A stretch of DNA of 64,000 nt from Massalongia carnosa (lineage: Eukaryota): the NCBI GenBank assembly GCA_965645245.1, contig OZ287067.1, positions 1,116,001-1,180,000 on the forward strand. Direction: 5' to 3'. Position 1 is the first letter of the stretch; each line of letters opens with the position of its first letter. The translations under genes were made by a program, and so were the position numbers. Of the stretch, positions 24,479 through 37,336 are shown in pieces. Under the pieces are notes generated by a model, which saw only the letters and a list, made by a program, of their open reading frames with translations, searched no databases and had not been told where the DNA came from.

Positions 24479-25126
24479 CGCTAATCAGAAGGCAGGAGAA
24501 GAAAGGGTTGCGCCCATCTCCGCCGGCATTCTCGGAGACAACGTAATTGGCTTCACCGCGGCAGATATTGGTTCAGCTGCATGGTAAACATAGTCGGCGT
24601 AAAATACGAACTGAAGGAATGTATATGAGTAGAGATTGAACTGACGGAATATTTTAGCCGTGAGATCCGGGGTGAAGAAATAGACGTGAAGCGATCAAAA
24701 TCATGGTTTAAACATGGAGGAAGTAACCGGGTAATTTAAGCCCGTTATTGATACCAACCAAGGAACCCATGTAACCTTGTACAAGGTATTAAACACGCCA
24801 AGTCGAATTGTAAACTAAGCGACTGCCTAGTACGTAAGGCTGGATCTGGCTAGTCTTATTGAGAATTCAACCGCCGACTATCTCGGGAGATTGATTTCCG
24901 TCTTAATACATGTTTCTGGTGCTCAGTCTTGATCAGTTAATTCCAAAGCAAAGGACCTGCCTGGAAGGCTTGATCTTCCCATCGAGATTTAGTCTTTCTT
25001 CACATGTGCTGATGCTCTTCCTCCATCGGTCTTGACGATCATCAAGATGGTCTACCTCGTTCTTGAATCAATCATTTTTGCCTGTTGCAGAAGAACACGC
25101 GGACGAGAGGCCTCCGGTCACAAAAC

Positions 25127-26686
25127 ATGTCCTTGAACGAGGCCACTCCGAACGTCCCAGACGCTCATACCAGTCCTGACGGCGTACAAGTATCGTCTTT
25201 TACCGAGCTTTCTTTGAGTGGGCAGTACGATATACCGAGAGATAAATACAACGAGTTGTAAGAGCGGGATGCGAGACAGAGAGCTCTTTCACTGACCGAA
25301 GATCTCGCCCGGGAAAGAATCGACGACGCACATCTGGTAGAGTTGAGTCCACTCGACAGCGTCGCAAGCGCGCACCGACAAACTCAGCTGGAAGATCTGA
25401 GAACGGCGCTTGATCATGGTCCAGACTTAGACCAAGATCTCCACGTCTGCGGAGGAAGCGGACATGTGGTGCAACATGGGGTATGTCACGATCTTCGGTC
25501 ACATTGCCTAGGAACGGCTTCGCCTTTGCACCCGTCCGACCAAAAAACATCCAAATTAAAGTCTCCTTTATCCGAGCATACACGGGTTTCCAAATTGGCG
25601 GCCGACCTCTACACGGTCTCCTACCTCATCCTCTTCTCCATCCTCGGCACCCTCGCTCGCCTGGGACTTCAAGCCTTGACATTCTACCCCGGTGCCCCTG
25701 TGCTAACAGGGGTGCTGTGGGCCAACTTCGCCGGCAGCCTGTTCTTGGGGTTTCTATTAGAAGATCACAAGCTATTTCGTGAAGAATGGGGGAATCCCGC
25801 CCTTGTACAGGAAAGAGGACGCAGAGATGAAGAAGGCCATCCTCAATCTTGTTACGATAACACGGAAGCACTCAACGCCATGGCCGCAGACGAGCAGGCC
25901 GCCGCTAAAAAGGCCGCACCTCTCTACATCGGCCTCGCGACCGGATTCTGCGGCTCCTTGACCTCCTTCTCATCCTTCATCCGCGACGCCTTCCTCGCCC
26001 TCTCCAATACCCTACCTGACCCCACCGTCACTCCCACCGTCCCAGTGGCCCGTAATCCAGGCTATGGGTTCCTCGCCGTCCTTGCTGTCGTCATAGCCAC
26101 GACAGTACTCTCACTGGGCGCCCTCCAACTCGGGTCGCACATTGCCCAAGCCCTCGATCGCATCACCCCTTCGATCCCCTACCTGTTCACGCGCAAGGTC
26201 CTTGACCGCGCCGTCGTCCTCCTCGCTTGGTTCGCCTGGCTTGCCGCTATCATTCTGGCTATCTGGCCTTCGCCTCATCATTCAACATGGCGAGGCCAAG
26301 CGCTCTTCGCGCTGGCGTTCGCGCCGCCGGGCTGCCTCCTCCGCTTTTACGCCTCGCGCCGTCTAAACGGCGTCTTGCCCTGGTTCCCGGTCGGCACCTT
26401 CGCGATCAACATGCTCGGCACCGCCCTCGAGGGCGCTTTCTTCGACCTGCAGCACGTGTCACTAGGCGGCCGGGTGGGCTGCCAGGCGTTGCAGGGGGCC
26501 ATGGATGGTTTTTGCGGCTGCTTCACTACGGTCAGCACCTGGGTGGCCGAGCTGACGGGGTTGCGCCGGGGGAAGGCATACGTGTATGGCGGCGCGAGCG
26601 TTGGGGCTGGCTTGGGCCTGATGACGATAGCAGTCGGGAGTTTGCTGTGGCGAGATGGGTTCGCGGCGGTGGTGTGTGTACATTGA
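25127..26686 (+). CDS. FEX1: Fluoride exporter FEX (two CrcB/Fluc domains); possible nonsense codon at 25259-25261
   Basis: LILFSILGTLARLGL, LWANFAGS, LYIGLATGFCGSLTSFSSF, FAPPGCLLRF, PVGTFAINMLG, GFCGCFTTVSTW. The in-frame ATG at 25127 is separated from the main ORF by TAA. Confidence 0.85.
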
Positions 26687-27146
26687 TGGGGGGGGGTTGG
26701 GGGAAAGATGATCGAAGGGGGCGTTGTTTTGGGGCCTGGAGATCTCCGTTGTTTTTTGCGAGCGGGGTAGGGGAATTGGGGGAAGGTGTTCTGGCGATGA
26801 ATCGCAACTTTCATGCTGGCATGCGGATGCATCCATCCTGTGCTTCTCACAGCACATCTCAGAGAATTAGGTACCTACCGTACTACTTTGAGGTATCTAC
26901 TCCGAAAGCGCGCAACACGCGTTTCCAGGTCCCATGTCCCACACCCTACAATTCCTGACACACATACCTTGGCAGGCTGGATTACCCGCCCAACGGCACG
27001 TGAAACGATGAGTGTTTTTTGCGGGTGGTGGGTTTACTTGCTTCCGGGGCCTGGGAAACTCATCAGTTTCTGATCTCGGCACCAGGTCGTTAGGGTACCT
27101 TGTACAAGGTACCGAAGTGGTTTGATTACCTACCGTGCTCCCATTA

Positions 27147-28561
27147 ACGTAATTCACCGCTATTCAGAACACCCGCTTATTCGGAACTAACAAATTTGAT
27201 ACCACCCTTCGTAATTTTTTATCACCGCCGCATCCGCAAAATTTCTAGCACATGTACTCGGGAATTGATGAACAGGTTCTAGTGAATATATATAGCTAGC
27301 ATAAGCTTGTATAGCTACATTTTACGAGTGTTACAGATGACACGACCGCGCGAGCTAACCCGAACCTCTAAAACTTCCTACTTCTCCCCCTTTCCTACTA
27401 TTTTCACATCACCTTGTACCAACCTAGTGATATTTTTCTTTCTTGGTATACCTTTTCCTTTATTTCGAGCAGTTTTTTTAAACCCTAGGTCACCCTCAAC
27501 TGTCTCCTTAAAAATATAAGGTGTAATCTGAATAAGGTCGTGAAAAGCGTTTTGAAAGATAGAATCGTCTCGTTTCTTATTTTTAAGTAAAGATCAAGAT
27601 GTTACAAGATCATGCACGTATATTAGGTCGGGTTCAAATCGCATTAGGTCTTTAGATACCTGAAAAATAGTCGATCGTTCTGTTTTTCTTTCCTTACCTT
27701 TGATCCAGCCTCTTTCTCCTTTTTCTTATTTTCAGCTAGTTGTCTTCTTTTCTCTACATCTTCTAAACTCAATACGCGAGCCCCTTGAACGTCGTATTGA
27801 GTGCCCGTACGTTGAGCTCGTTGTTTTTCTCGTGTATTGGCTGCTAAAAGCTCCGTATTAGTACGATTCAAGACAATACGGTCAGTCATAGCAAGCCTAG
27901 CTGCTTTAAGGGTTTTTTGTAGAAGAGTAAGCTTAGAGGAATCAAGAGTCTGATGGCGAAATAGTAATACAAACTCCTCAAACCTCTGAGACTTGTACTG
28001 TTTCCTGATATTGGTGATATTTGGCCTGAAAGATAACGCGTTTGAATAAGAGTGTCATCGTCCGTATAAGGCTTAGCTGATATTTTGTCAAAGGCGGAGT
28101 CTAGTAGCTCTAGAGTAGTTAACCCAGCTCTGAAGAGATCCCTCCTCCTCGGGCGTTAACCTCTGCTTTGAAGTAACGTACGATACATGGTCCTGGCGAC
28201 TGTTTATCCTGTGATACAATGTTGTTATCGGTACCGCATGAAGTCAAGCAGCTTGCGTAATAGATTACGACCCTTCTGCCTTCTCATAGACCTTAACTGC
28301 CTATTTTAAACGTTCTCTAACCTCGTCTTTCAAGGTAGTAAGCAATCCCGATTTTGTAACTCGAAACTGCCGGGAAGAAGCCATTTCAGCGGTGTAATTT
28401 ATCCATAATCAGCTATTATAATCATTATAATACCCTTTACCTTATTAAATCAGTTTTAGGGTTTTCTTCAATAAGTTGTAGAAGAGATAATGGTTGAAAG
28501 TAAGTATCGTGGTTTTGTTAGTTCCGAATAAGCGGGTGTTCCGAATACAGGTGAATTACGT
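27147..28561 (-). mobile_element. Pogo/Fot1-type DNA transposon, internally deleted and degenerate
   Basis: ~47-bp TIRs ACGTAATTCACCGCTATTCAGAACACCCGCTTATTCGGAACTAACAAA / TTTGTTAGTTCCGAATAAGCGGGTGTTCCGAATACAGGTGAATTACGT with TA on both sides. The minus strand keeps an HTH remnant (SITQAA*LHAVPITTLYHRI…QRLTPEEE) and a C-terminal remnant (GARVLSLEDV), with many stops and no DDE core. Confidence 0.9.
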
Positions 28562-29218
28562 TACCCTAATTGGGAAAGGGAAGGGGGCGGAAACTTTCCC
28601 TTTTGCGGTTACTTTTTCGGGGGTGTGAATGTACACAGTACATATAATAGCTATGCACAAGATGTTTTACATGACATTGGGCGTGCGTGTATGGAAAAGT
28701 TTGCTTGTTGGATTGCAGGATCAGCAATTCATGAAGGACTTGAGCGCTCAAAGTGATCCGACTGAGGACCTCTGGTGCCTTCGGTATCTACGAGCGATGG
28801 GGTCGGCTCTTCGATAGGCCAAGATATAATGAAATGAAGTCCATCATTTCAAGTAATGACTGCTCTCGGCAGCATCTTTAAGCGTCGGGCCATTTGCAGA
28901 ACATTAGGCATGAACTTTTTTTGACAATATAAAATCGAAGAAAGTCTATGCAACAGGCAATAGTCATCTGCAGCCTCCAAGGACATATGTTGAGGCAAGG
29001 CGTCATATGGTGGGCATCGCGATTTCGTACTTGACATTCCGGCAAAAATTGCCCTTTTAGAGTACAGGTTTCCCACGTCATCAATGGTCAGCCGCACGGG
29101 GCTGGCACCCAGAACTATCTGGCTACGACGTGGTACTGACACCATGGCCTCCGTCGACGATGTCCGTATGGTGTCTGTCCATGACCGCTCCAAGGTATAA
29201 CGAGCAGACTATCAAAAA

Positions 29219-32200
29219 ATGGTTAGGATGTCCTATCAGTCATTGGAACAGAGCTCACGAGACGATAGCCTTTGCGACAGCTATATCCGAATGCGCCTGA
29301 CTCTAATAATGCTACAAAAGTCGAGTAGGGAATCTTCTCATCGACGCCAACTTTTTACTGAACTCTCTAGCATTATCGCCGTTCATGGCCTTAATCCCCG
29401 AAACCGAAACGACACCGAGCATGCATGGAACACCTGGCAAACTCCTGAGCCTGAAAAGCGACTGTGGCTCCGTGACGACCTTCCTAAATTGCTTCCCAAA
29501 TCACGAATCTTTCTGTACGAGTATAACGCGACAGTCGTTTACGGTCGGGACCGGAATACATTTGTGGGCAAGGCGAACGAACTACTCGAAGCCATTCGAA
29601 TAGAGAGGCATGATATTGAATCTCGATCGATTATCTTCTTTGGTCACAGTTTGGGGGGACTGCTGATCAAGCAAGCTCTGATCAACGCCCATAATAATCC
29701 AAAATACACATCGATCAAAGAGGCGACTTCTGGGTTGGCCTTCTTTGCGACACCACATAATGGTGGAGACCCCGTGCGCGTAAGCCTGGGTCGTGTGCCG
29801 GCAAAGATTGCCACCACCTTAGGTTTCCAGAAGGGAGACGACCTATTAGAGGTGCTGAGAAATGGCAGCATGTTTTCCGAGAACATGCAGGAACAGTGGC
29901 GTCATCAATTGCTTGAATATGATATTGTCTCATTCTGGGGAACCCTGGACGATGTGAGCGGAGCATTGAGGCAGAAGTTCGTGTCAAGATAACTAATTCT
30001 TCCTACAAGGTGGTCCAAAAAGATAGTGCACGATTTGGATTATCGGGCGAAAAGGAAAATATCGTTGCGGTTCATGCAGATCATGGAGGCATCTGCAAAT
30101 TCGGGACAAGCCAGAAAGATCAAGATGAGCTCAAGATAGTCCAAGGAAACATTCGAGATCTGTTCGAGAATGCATTGAGGAAATGTGAGTATGAGTTTCT
30201 ACGGCCTACATCTTGTGAAGGAAACAAAACCGAGAAAGATCTTTTGATGGACCGATTTAGACGATTGAGGAACAATTAGGGATAGCAGTGGGTCTGTCTT
30301 CATGCCAATAAGCTAATTGCACAAATTTATGTCTTTTTCGTATATTTGATCGATGTACTGACCACTAATATCAGCTGAATTAGAATCGGATTTGGACGAT
30401 GTCATTGGCCCTGAACAAGACCGGTTACTAAGTAAGCTTGATCATGTGGGCGAGGCTCTCTTTGATTCATACGAAAATGAAAAATGTCGTCAATGCCTCG
30501 AGGGTACCCGGGTCAAGATTTTGGAAGAGATCAAAGACTGGGCATGCGGCACGACTCAGCAGTGCATATACTGGCTTCAAGGCATGGCTGGAACAGGCAA
30601 GTCAACCATCACATTAACGGTGGCTCGCCAGCTCCGAGATTTATCTCTAGCCGTAGTGAGCTTTTTCTTCAAACGAGGCGCTGGTGACCTTGCCTACGGG
30701 CATAAGCTCATTCCTACTATCGTTCACCAAATGGCCTATCAGTCACGGTTGTTCCGCCATCATGTCACTGCGGCGATCATGAAAGACCCCAATCTCGGGA
30801 AAACAGCAGGTCTGCGCGAACAGTATGAAAGATTGCTCAAGAAGCCACTGGAGACCCTCCGATCTGCGAAACACAGAATATGTCCATTCGTCGTTCTCAT
30901 AGACGCTTTAGATGAATGTGAAAACAAGGACGACATCGGAATTTTCCTCGAACGGCTAGCTACAACAAACGATCTATCGTCTCTCGGTATTCGAATCCTT
31001 ATCACAAGTCGCCCCGAAATCCCTCTTCGCCTCGGTTTTCAAACGATACCCAACACCCTCTTACAGTCCCTAGCACTTCACGACGTGCCATGCTCGGTCG
31101 TAGACCAAGACATTGAAATGTTTGTAAAATATCAATGTACCAAAATTCGACACGACTGGCACCTTTCAACAGATTGGCCAACAGCAAAGGAAGTAACAAC
31201 GTTGGTAGACAAAGCAGCGGGGCTCTTTATTTTTGCCGTAACCGCTTGCGAACATATCGGCGGGTCGCCACAAGCTAACCCACGAGACCGTTTAAGTCAG
31301 GTCTGTAGTACTGTCAGCAAGAATCGATTAATGACAGAAGAATTGGACCGGATGTATATCACCATACTTAAAGGTTCGGTGCAGGGAAAGCTGTCCGAAG
31401 AAGAAGACGAGTGTCACAGTCGTCAATTTCGCAAGCTCGTGGGCACCATTGTTCTCCTTTATAACCCATTGCCAATTCCAGAATTGTTCAAAATACTCCC
31501 CGACCCCGATATTGAATCTCCAATTGCAATCGGCCATATCCTCAATCCATTGCAAGCCGTGCTCAACGTTCCATCTAGCAGTGAACAGCCAGTAAAACTA
31601 CTCCATCTTTCGTTCCGTGACTTCCTCCTTGATCGAACTCGCTGCACAGAACCATACTTCTGCGTGGACGAACGACAGATCCACAATAATTTGGCCATGA
31701 GCTGTCTTGACCTACTATCATCCTCAATCCCACAGAATCTAGGACAGACCTTCTATGCAGACTGGCAAGCTGTATCCAGCCTCAATGGTGCCCTGACGCC
31801 TGCGGTTCAATACGCATGCCGTTATTGGGTCAAGCACGTACAAAGAGCGCAAATGGAGTTACGCGAAAATGGGTATGTCCACAAGTTCTTGAAACGGGAT
31901 TTCATGTCCTGGATACAGTCAGTGAGCCTAATCAAGGCATTTCCTGGAGCGATTGAAGGCATTAGGGACTTAACAGCATTAATTGATGTAAGTTCGGCTG
32001 GTCGTTGATACGGAATATTGTTTTAATAGCAGCGTAGTCACAAACATCCCCTTTGTTATTTGAGTTCATTCAAGACTCTTTTCGGTTCCTGTCCACGTAT
32101 CGATACATCATCGAGACTTATCCTTTTCAGATCGATATCTCCGCACTCCTGTTTTCTCCATTGAACAGCCATATCCGACGTAATTATCAGGACCGTGTTC

Positions 32201-34983
32201 CAAATTGGATTACAATCAAGCCAGAGCCAGCAACGAATTGGAGTGCATGTCTGCAAGTGCTAGAAGGCCATTTGCACTCCGTTGTGACGGTGCAATTCTC
32301 ACCGGATGGACAAACTGTGGCATCGGGATCTTGGGACGGGACAATACGGCTCTGGGATACAAAAACAGGGCAGTGCCGCAAGACATTAGAGATACCTTTG
32401 AACGAACCCGAGGAAGGTTTGTTGACTCATTTAATAGCTTTTGCATCAGATTTTCCGACGATGATATCTGCGTCTGCAGATTGCATTTTACGACTGTGGG
32501 ACATAGAAACAGGAAAATGCCTCAGCGCGCTTCACCATGGTTCGGACATTACGACAGCAATAATTTCGTCAAATGGTCAGATCGCGGTCTCTGGGTCTGA
32601 AGATGGCCTTTTACGGCTCTGGAATGTACAGACAGGAAAGTGCCGCAACAAAATTGATATCGGCACGGAATCAATACTAGCATTCACGCTAAACGAAAAG
32701 ACGGTGATGTGTGGATCTGAAAATGGCTCCCTAGTGCTATGCGACGTGCAAACCGGAGACTTTTGCACAGTGTTTCTCGATTGTGATGCTCAGGCGATGA
32801 CTTTCTCGCCAGACGGGCTCACAGTAGCGGCAGGATCATCGAATTGCACAATATGGCTATTTGATGTGAAGACTGGAGATTGCTGCAACATGTTCAGGAA
32901 CGATTCTTTAATCGAGGCTGAAGAGGAATTATTTCCAGAAGAAATTTGGTCGCTAGAATTTTCGCCAGACGGACAGACCATAGCATCAGTATACGATGAT
33001 TATGCGATACGTCTATGGGATGTCAAGACGGGGAAGTGTCGTAGCATATTGAAAAATCCTTCCTTTGTTGAGATCGAAAATCAAGATTCATGGGACTTCA
33101 ATTTTTTGCTAGCATTCTCGCCAGACGGACAGACGATAGCGTCGTCAGCGGGTGCTAGTAATATACAATTATGGAGTATACAGACAGGAGCATGCCTTGG
33201 CACGCTAAGGGGCCATTCAGGTAAGATCAACGAGATAATTTTCTCACCGGATGGACATATGATAGTATCAGCGTCAAACGATTCTACAGCGCGGCTGTGG
33301 GATACACAGACAACGGATCATTCTGATGAGCCAAGGAGGCACTCATCTACAATTACAAAGGTAATATTCTCACCGGATGGCCAAATGGCGGCATCGAAGT
33401 CTAAAAATGAAACCGTGGCATTATGGGACACTAAGACTGGAGGGAACTGCGCCATGCTAAAGCACAATAATAAAGTTTTCACAGTAGCTTTCTCGTCGGA
33501 CGGACAGATGCTTGCATCAGGTTATTTGAATGGTACAGTGTGTTTGTGGGATATACAGTCTGGTAAACTGTGTAACATATTTAAAGGCCATTCGCATGCG
33601 ATCGAGGAGACATTATTTTCGCCAGATGGACAGACACTAACAACGGTATGCCGATCCAACACGGTACGGTTATGGGATATTCGGACCAAGAAAGGTCGAT
33701 GGATGCACAAGAGCCTTTCGGACCAAGATGTGAAGGTAAAGTTTTCGCCAGATGGTCAAACAGTAGCAACAGGATCTGATAAAGTGCGGCTTTGGGACCT
33801 GCGGACACGGAAACGCAAGAAAATACTGGATGGCAACTTAGGTGAGGAGGTTGAGGAAGAATCTGATGAGGTGGAGGAAGAGTCTGCGCAGGAGCGTGGG
33901 CAAAGTCTTGAGCAAGAGACTGATCAAGGAGCTACAAAAGAAACCACAGAGGAGTCACAAGACGGGTCTGGTCCAATTACATGTCTGGCCTTTTCGCAGG
34001 ATGGGCAAACAGTGGCATCAGGATCTTTTCACAACATAGTGTGGTTATGGAATACGCCGACGGAAGAGGGGTACAGATTGTTGGAGGACTGTATGGATAA
34101 AGAGTCCCCAGATAAGGAATCTTCGGGCTTGGAGTCATTCGATGTGGAGCATTTGGGTCAGGAGGCCCATCATATTACAGCTCTGGCTTTCTCGCCGGAA
34201 GGGGAAATTTTGGCATCTGGAAACGCCTGTGGCGCTCTGTGGCTGTGGGACACACGAACAGGGAAATGCCGCAATATGTCAGAAGGTTGTTTGGATAGAG
34301 AATCTACGGAGGAGTCCGCAGATTTTTCAGAAGGATCCACATATTCTGAAGAAGAGTCCACAAATTCGACGGATGAGTCGATAGGGTCCGCGGGAAATTG
34401 CATAACATCTGTTGAGCAGTCGATAGAGTCTGTGGACGGATCTACAGACTCTACGAAGCAGTCCACAGCCACTACAAAGGAATCCCTAGCGAAGATTCTA
34501 AAAATGGGCAGTCATATTTCAACTCTAATATTTTCACCAGATGGAAAGACCGTAGCATCAGGATCAGCTAAAGGCATTGCGCAGGTGTGGAATACAATGA
34601 CGGCCAAGATAGTCTTACAGCATAGGTCATTAACATTCCGGCCAAAGATTGGATTCTCTTCTGATTCTAGATCTGTAAGTATCGATGGTGAAACGTTACC
34701 ATTGCCTTCGGAAGATCGGTTTCTCGATACCCATGTACCGCCTATCGCTCCTCCGCGGATTCAAACTAGATTACATTGGATCGGCCTATGTGGTGAATTG
34801 GTGTTGTGGCTTCCTCCGGAATATAGATCGGATTGGTTCGATGGGGCTTATGCGTACCATAACAACATAGTTGCAATTGGCTCTGGGACAGGCCACGTAA
34901 TATTCTTGCACATTAATTTTGATAATCTATCACGATATCTACGCACTCTTCCTGGACGGTTATCAGATTTTCAGGTAGAGTAG
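29219..34983 (+). CDS. Fungal NLR-like protein: SesB-like alpha/beta hydrolase - NACHT - WD40 (HET-E-like)
   Basis: Predicted M|PLRQLYP…KVD|IIAVHGL, GHSLGG nucleophile elbow, FFATPHNG; Walker A GMAGTGKST, Walker B VLIDALDEC, LHLSFRDFL; many FSPDGQTVASGS…LWD repeats. Introns at ~29222-29268, ~29325-29370, ~29954-30009, 30185-~30375 and 31988-32037. Confidence 0.9.
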
Positions 34984-35763
34984 CAGGACTGAACAGGTCA
35001 ACTATCGAGATCTGACTTCTGTCTGAATGCGCGACTAGGTCCATTGCTGTTTTCAGACTGAGCAGCCATATTGGTCGGATAGAATCTGTGTGCGATAGCG
35101 GACCGTATACGCCATAAGAGAATCTCTTATGTATTGAGGATAAGCGACAACATGAACTCAAGTAACCTCGGTGTGGACGAGAAATTGGCAACAAAATAAC
35201 GATGCATTAGCGATCCGTGAATCGTTTTACAACAGGAGTCAAGAAAAGAACTCAAGCACCAAATATCATAATCATCGTTGAACTGAGGTTACGATTCGCT
35301 AAGATATCGCTATCTAACTGCCGACTTTGTCGTCCACGGCGAGTTAGTGAGATATCGCAAGGGCTTTTCTTTCCCTGCATTTTTACGGAATGATCTCCTA
35401 TACAGCTGTCGATTGACTAGGATTGTGATGATGGGGAAAGTAGCCAGCTGCGCAATCGCTGCGATGGCGGAAAGAGAACGTAGTATAGCTGATGCATATC
35501 AATGCCATAGCATTCCATCTAATTAGAGAATAGAATACATGCAAGAACTAATCTCTGCCGTTCTCCGTTAGGGAGAATTGCAGCGCTATATAAATGAGAA
35601 GGCGGGGAACAAGCCCCGCATCAGTCAGGTGATTATGAGACAGGCGGCTTGGCGCCAAGATGAGGTCTGCGATACAGCGCCAGCCATGACAATCTACCTC
35701 TAGCTGTATAAGTAGGACGGTCCTACTCTTAAGGGTGGGACGGTCTTACATCCTACCGTTCTA

Positions 35764-37328
35764 CGAAGGATGACGCCGAAAGTCCTTGCTAACGCTAAAT
35801 ATGCAGCTAAAAAAGCCACTTTACATGGGTATATTTGCATGGATAGATATTTATTATACGGTCGTACGACTCCGATCTCTCTGCCTTCTCTATACTCGTT
35901 ACCTCCGTCTAACAATATCACCTCGTCAACATGTCGCTTTATACGTTCAATCCAGGACTGAATTCTTTTCTGCGTCAACTCCTCCGTCCAGCACTTTGTC
36001 CAGGCCTTTTCAGCCTCAATACGAGTCCGCGGAGCACTAATCGAGTGATTCTTCGGTTCATCCAGAACCAGCAAGGCTCGATCATGTTCAGATCAGGAGA
36101 ATTTCTAGGCCATAACAGACGCATGACGTTGAAATCCACAAAGATCAGATTTTGATGTTTGGATGCGTGACTGGGGGCCTTGTCTTCCTGTACGATAGTG
36201 TTTGGTCGATCTATCATACATTCTTTTGCAAACGGAAGAAGCTTAGGAATTAAGACGAGTTTTTGATAACGATACCAGTCCACTCCTCCCTTGCCATCTC
36301 GAACGACTTTACCGTGTGTTTTATCCCATTTCCAGATAGGTTTTCGACCTCCTGGATTACGTAGCTTCATTCGTCTCATGCTGGTTTCTAGCTCCCAATT
36401 CTCTTTAGCTTCTGATTCTAAAGTCTCATTGAGTTTATCTAACTCAATTTGAGCCTCTCTTTTCTCTTTTGCGGTCTCTGTTTTCTAGATATGAAAAGGT
36501 CCTTTCTTATCGTACGAAAAACAGCCCCAAAACAAAAACTCGGAGCATCCTTTCCATCTACGTCGAATACACGTTTTAGCATACATTTCTTTCGAGGTAC
36601 GCCACTGAAGTCTTCTTCCACGTCTAGAACCCAATATAATGCTTGTTTCTTCAGTCCATATAACGTTCTTCCAATCATCAATAGTCCAGTGCTGATATCG
36701 CAAACAAAATTGCAGACGAGCCTCTTTCATGATCGAATCTAGACCTGGCGTTTTCGTGCTTTTACAGGGGCGAAACCCATACTGTTTAAGCGTAGGAAGT
36801 ATAGTAGTGGAGGAGTGTTTATGATCAAAGCCAATCATAGCTGAAGATTTTTCTCTACTATTTCGGTCTTGCACTACATTATTCAATATAGCTTGCTCTA
36901 CCTCCGGTGTAACCTTTTTAGGTCGTCCTGAACGAGGTGCATCTTCTATATATTCTACTTCTAAAACACGAGATACAGCTGGATCATATCCACGCTGTCG
37001 TGCTTTGATTTTGAGAGCTGATATCGATCTTGTGGAGACTCCAGTCACTGCTTGCACGATTTTCGCCGCAATTCCGTGTTCTACAAGCGCTAAAGCCTGT
37101 ATTCTTTGTGCAATCGTGAGACTATTGCTCTGTGCATTGGGCATGATAATGATGATGATTAAAACCTTCTACTGAATATCAGATGTAGTATTACTGTCTT
37201 TTTGACGACGAGAACAGAAGCAATTCGAGATTTTCTAGACTATTTTAGTACTATATTCCCCTTGTAAGCTAATAAACACTAATGCACGTCTCATGTACGC
37301 TAGCAAGGACTTTCAGCGTCATCCTTCG
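35764..37328 (-). mobile_element. Tc1/mariner DNA transposon, full length
   Basis: 31-bp TIRs CGAAGGATGACGC[C/T]GAAAGTCCTTGCTA[A/G]CG, with TA target duplication at 35762-35763 and 37329-37330. Confidence 0.93.
35850..37144 (-). pseudogene. Tc1-family transposase, disrupted
   Basis: HTH with PRSGRPKK, VIWTEETS, FWGCF, QEDKAPSH, WPRNSPDLNMIE; in-frame TAG at 36485-36487 and a frameshift near 36045. The 3' end is approximate. Confidence 0.88.
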
Positions 37329-37336
37329 TACTCTAT

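Noticed and set aside
27000..27075. Hammerhead ribozyme or C/D snoRNA
   Set aside because: The minus-strand CTGATGAG lacks a GAAA after stem II; the C box is imperfect; only an imperfect hairpin is supported.
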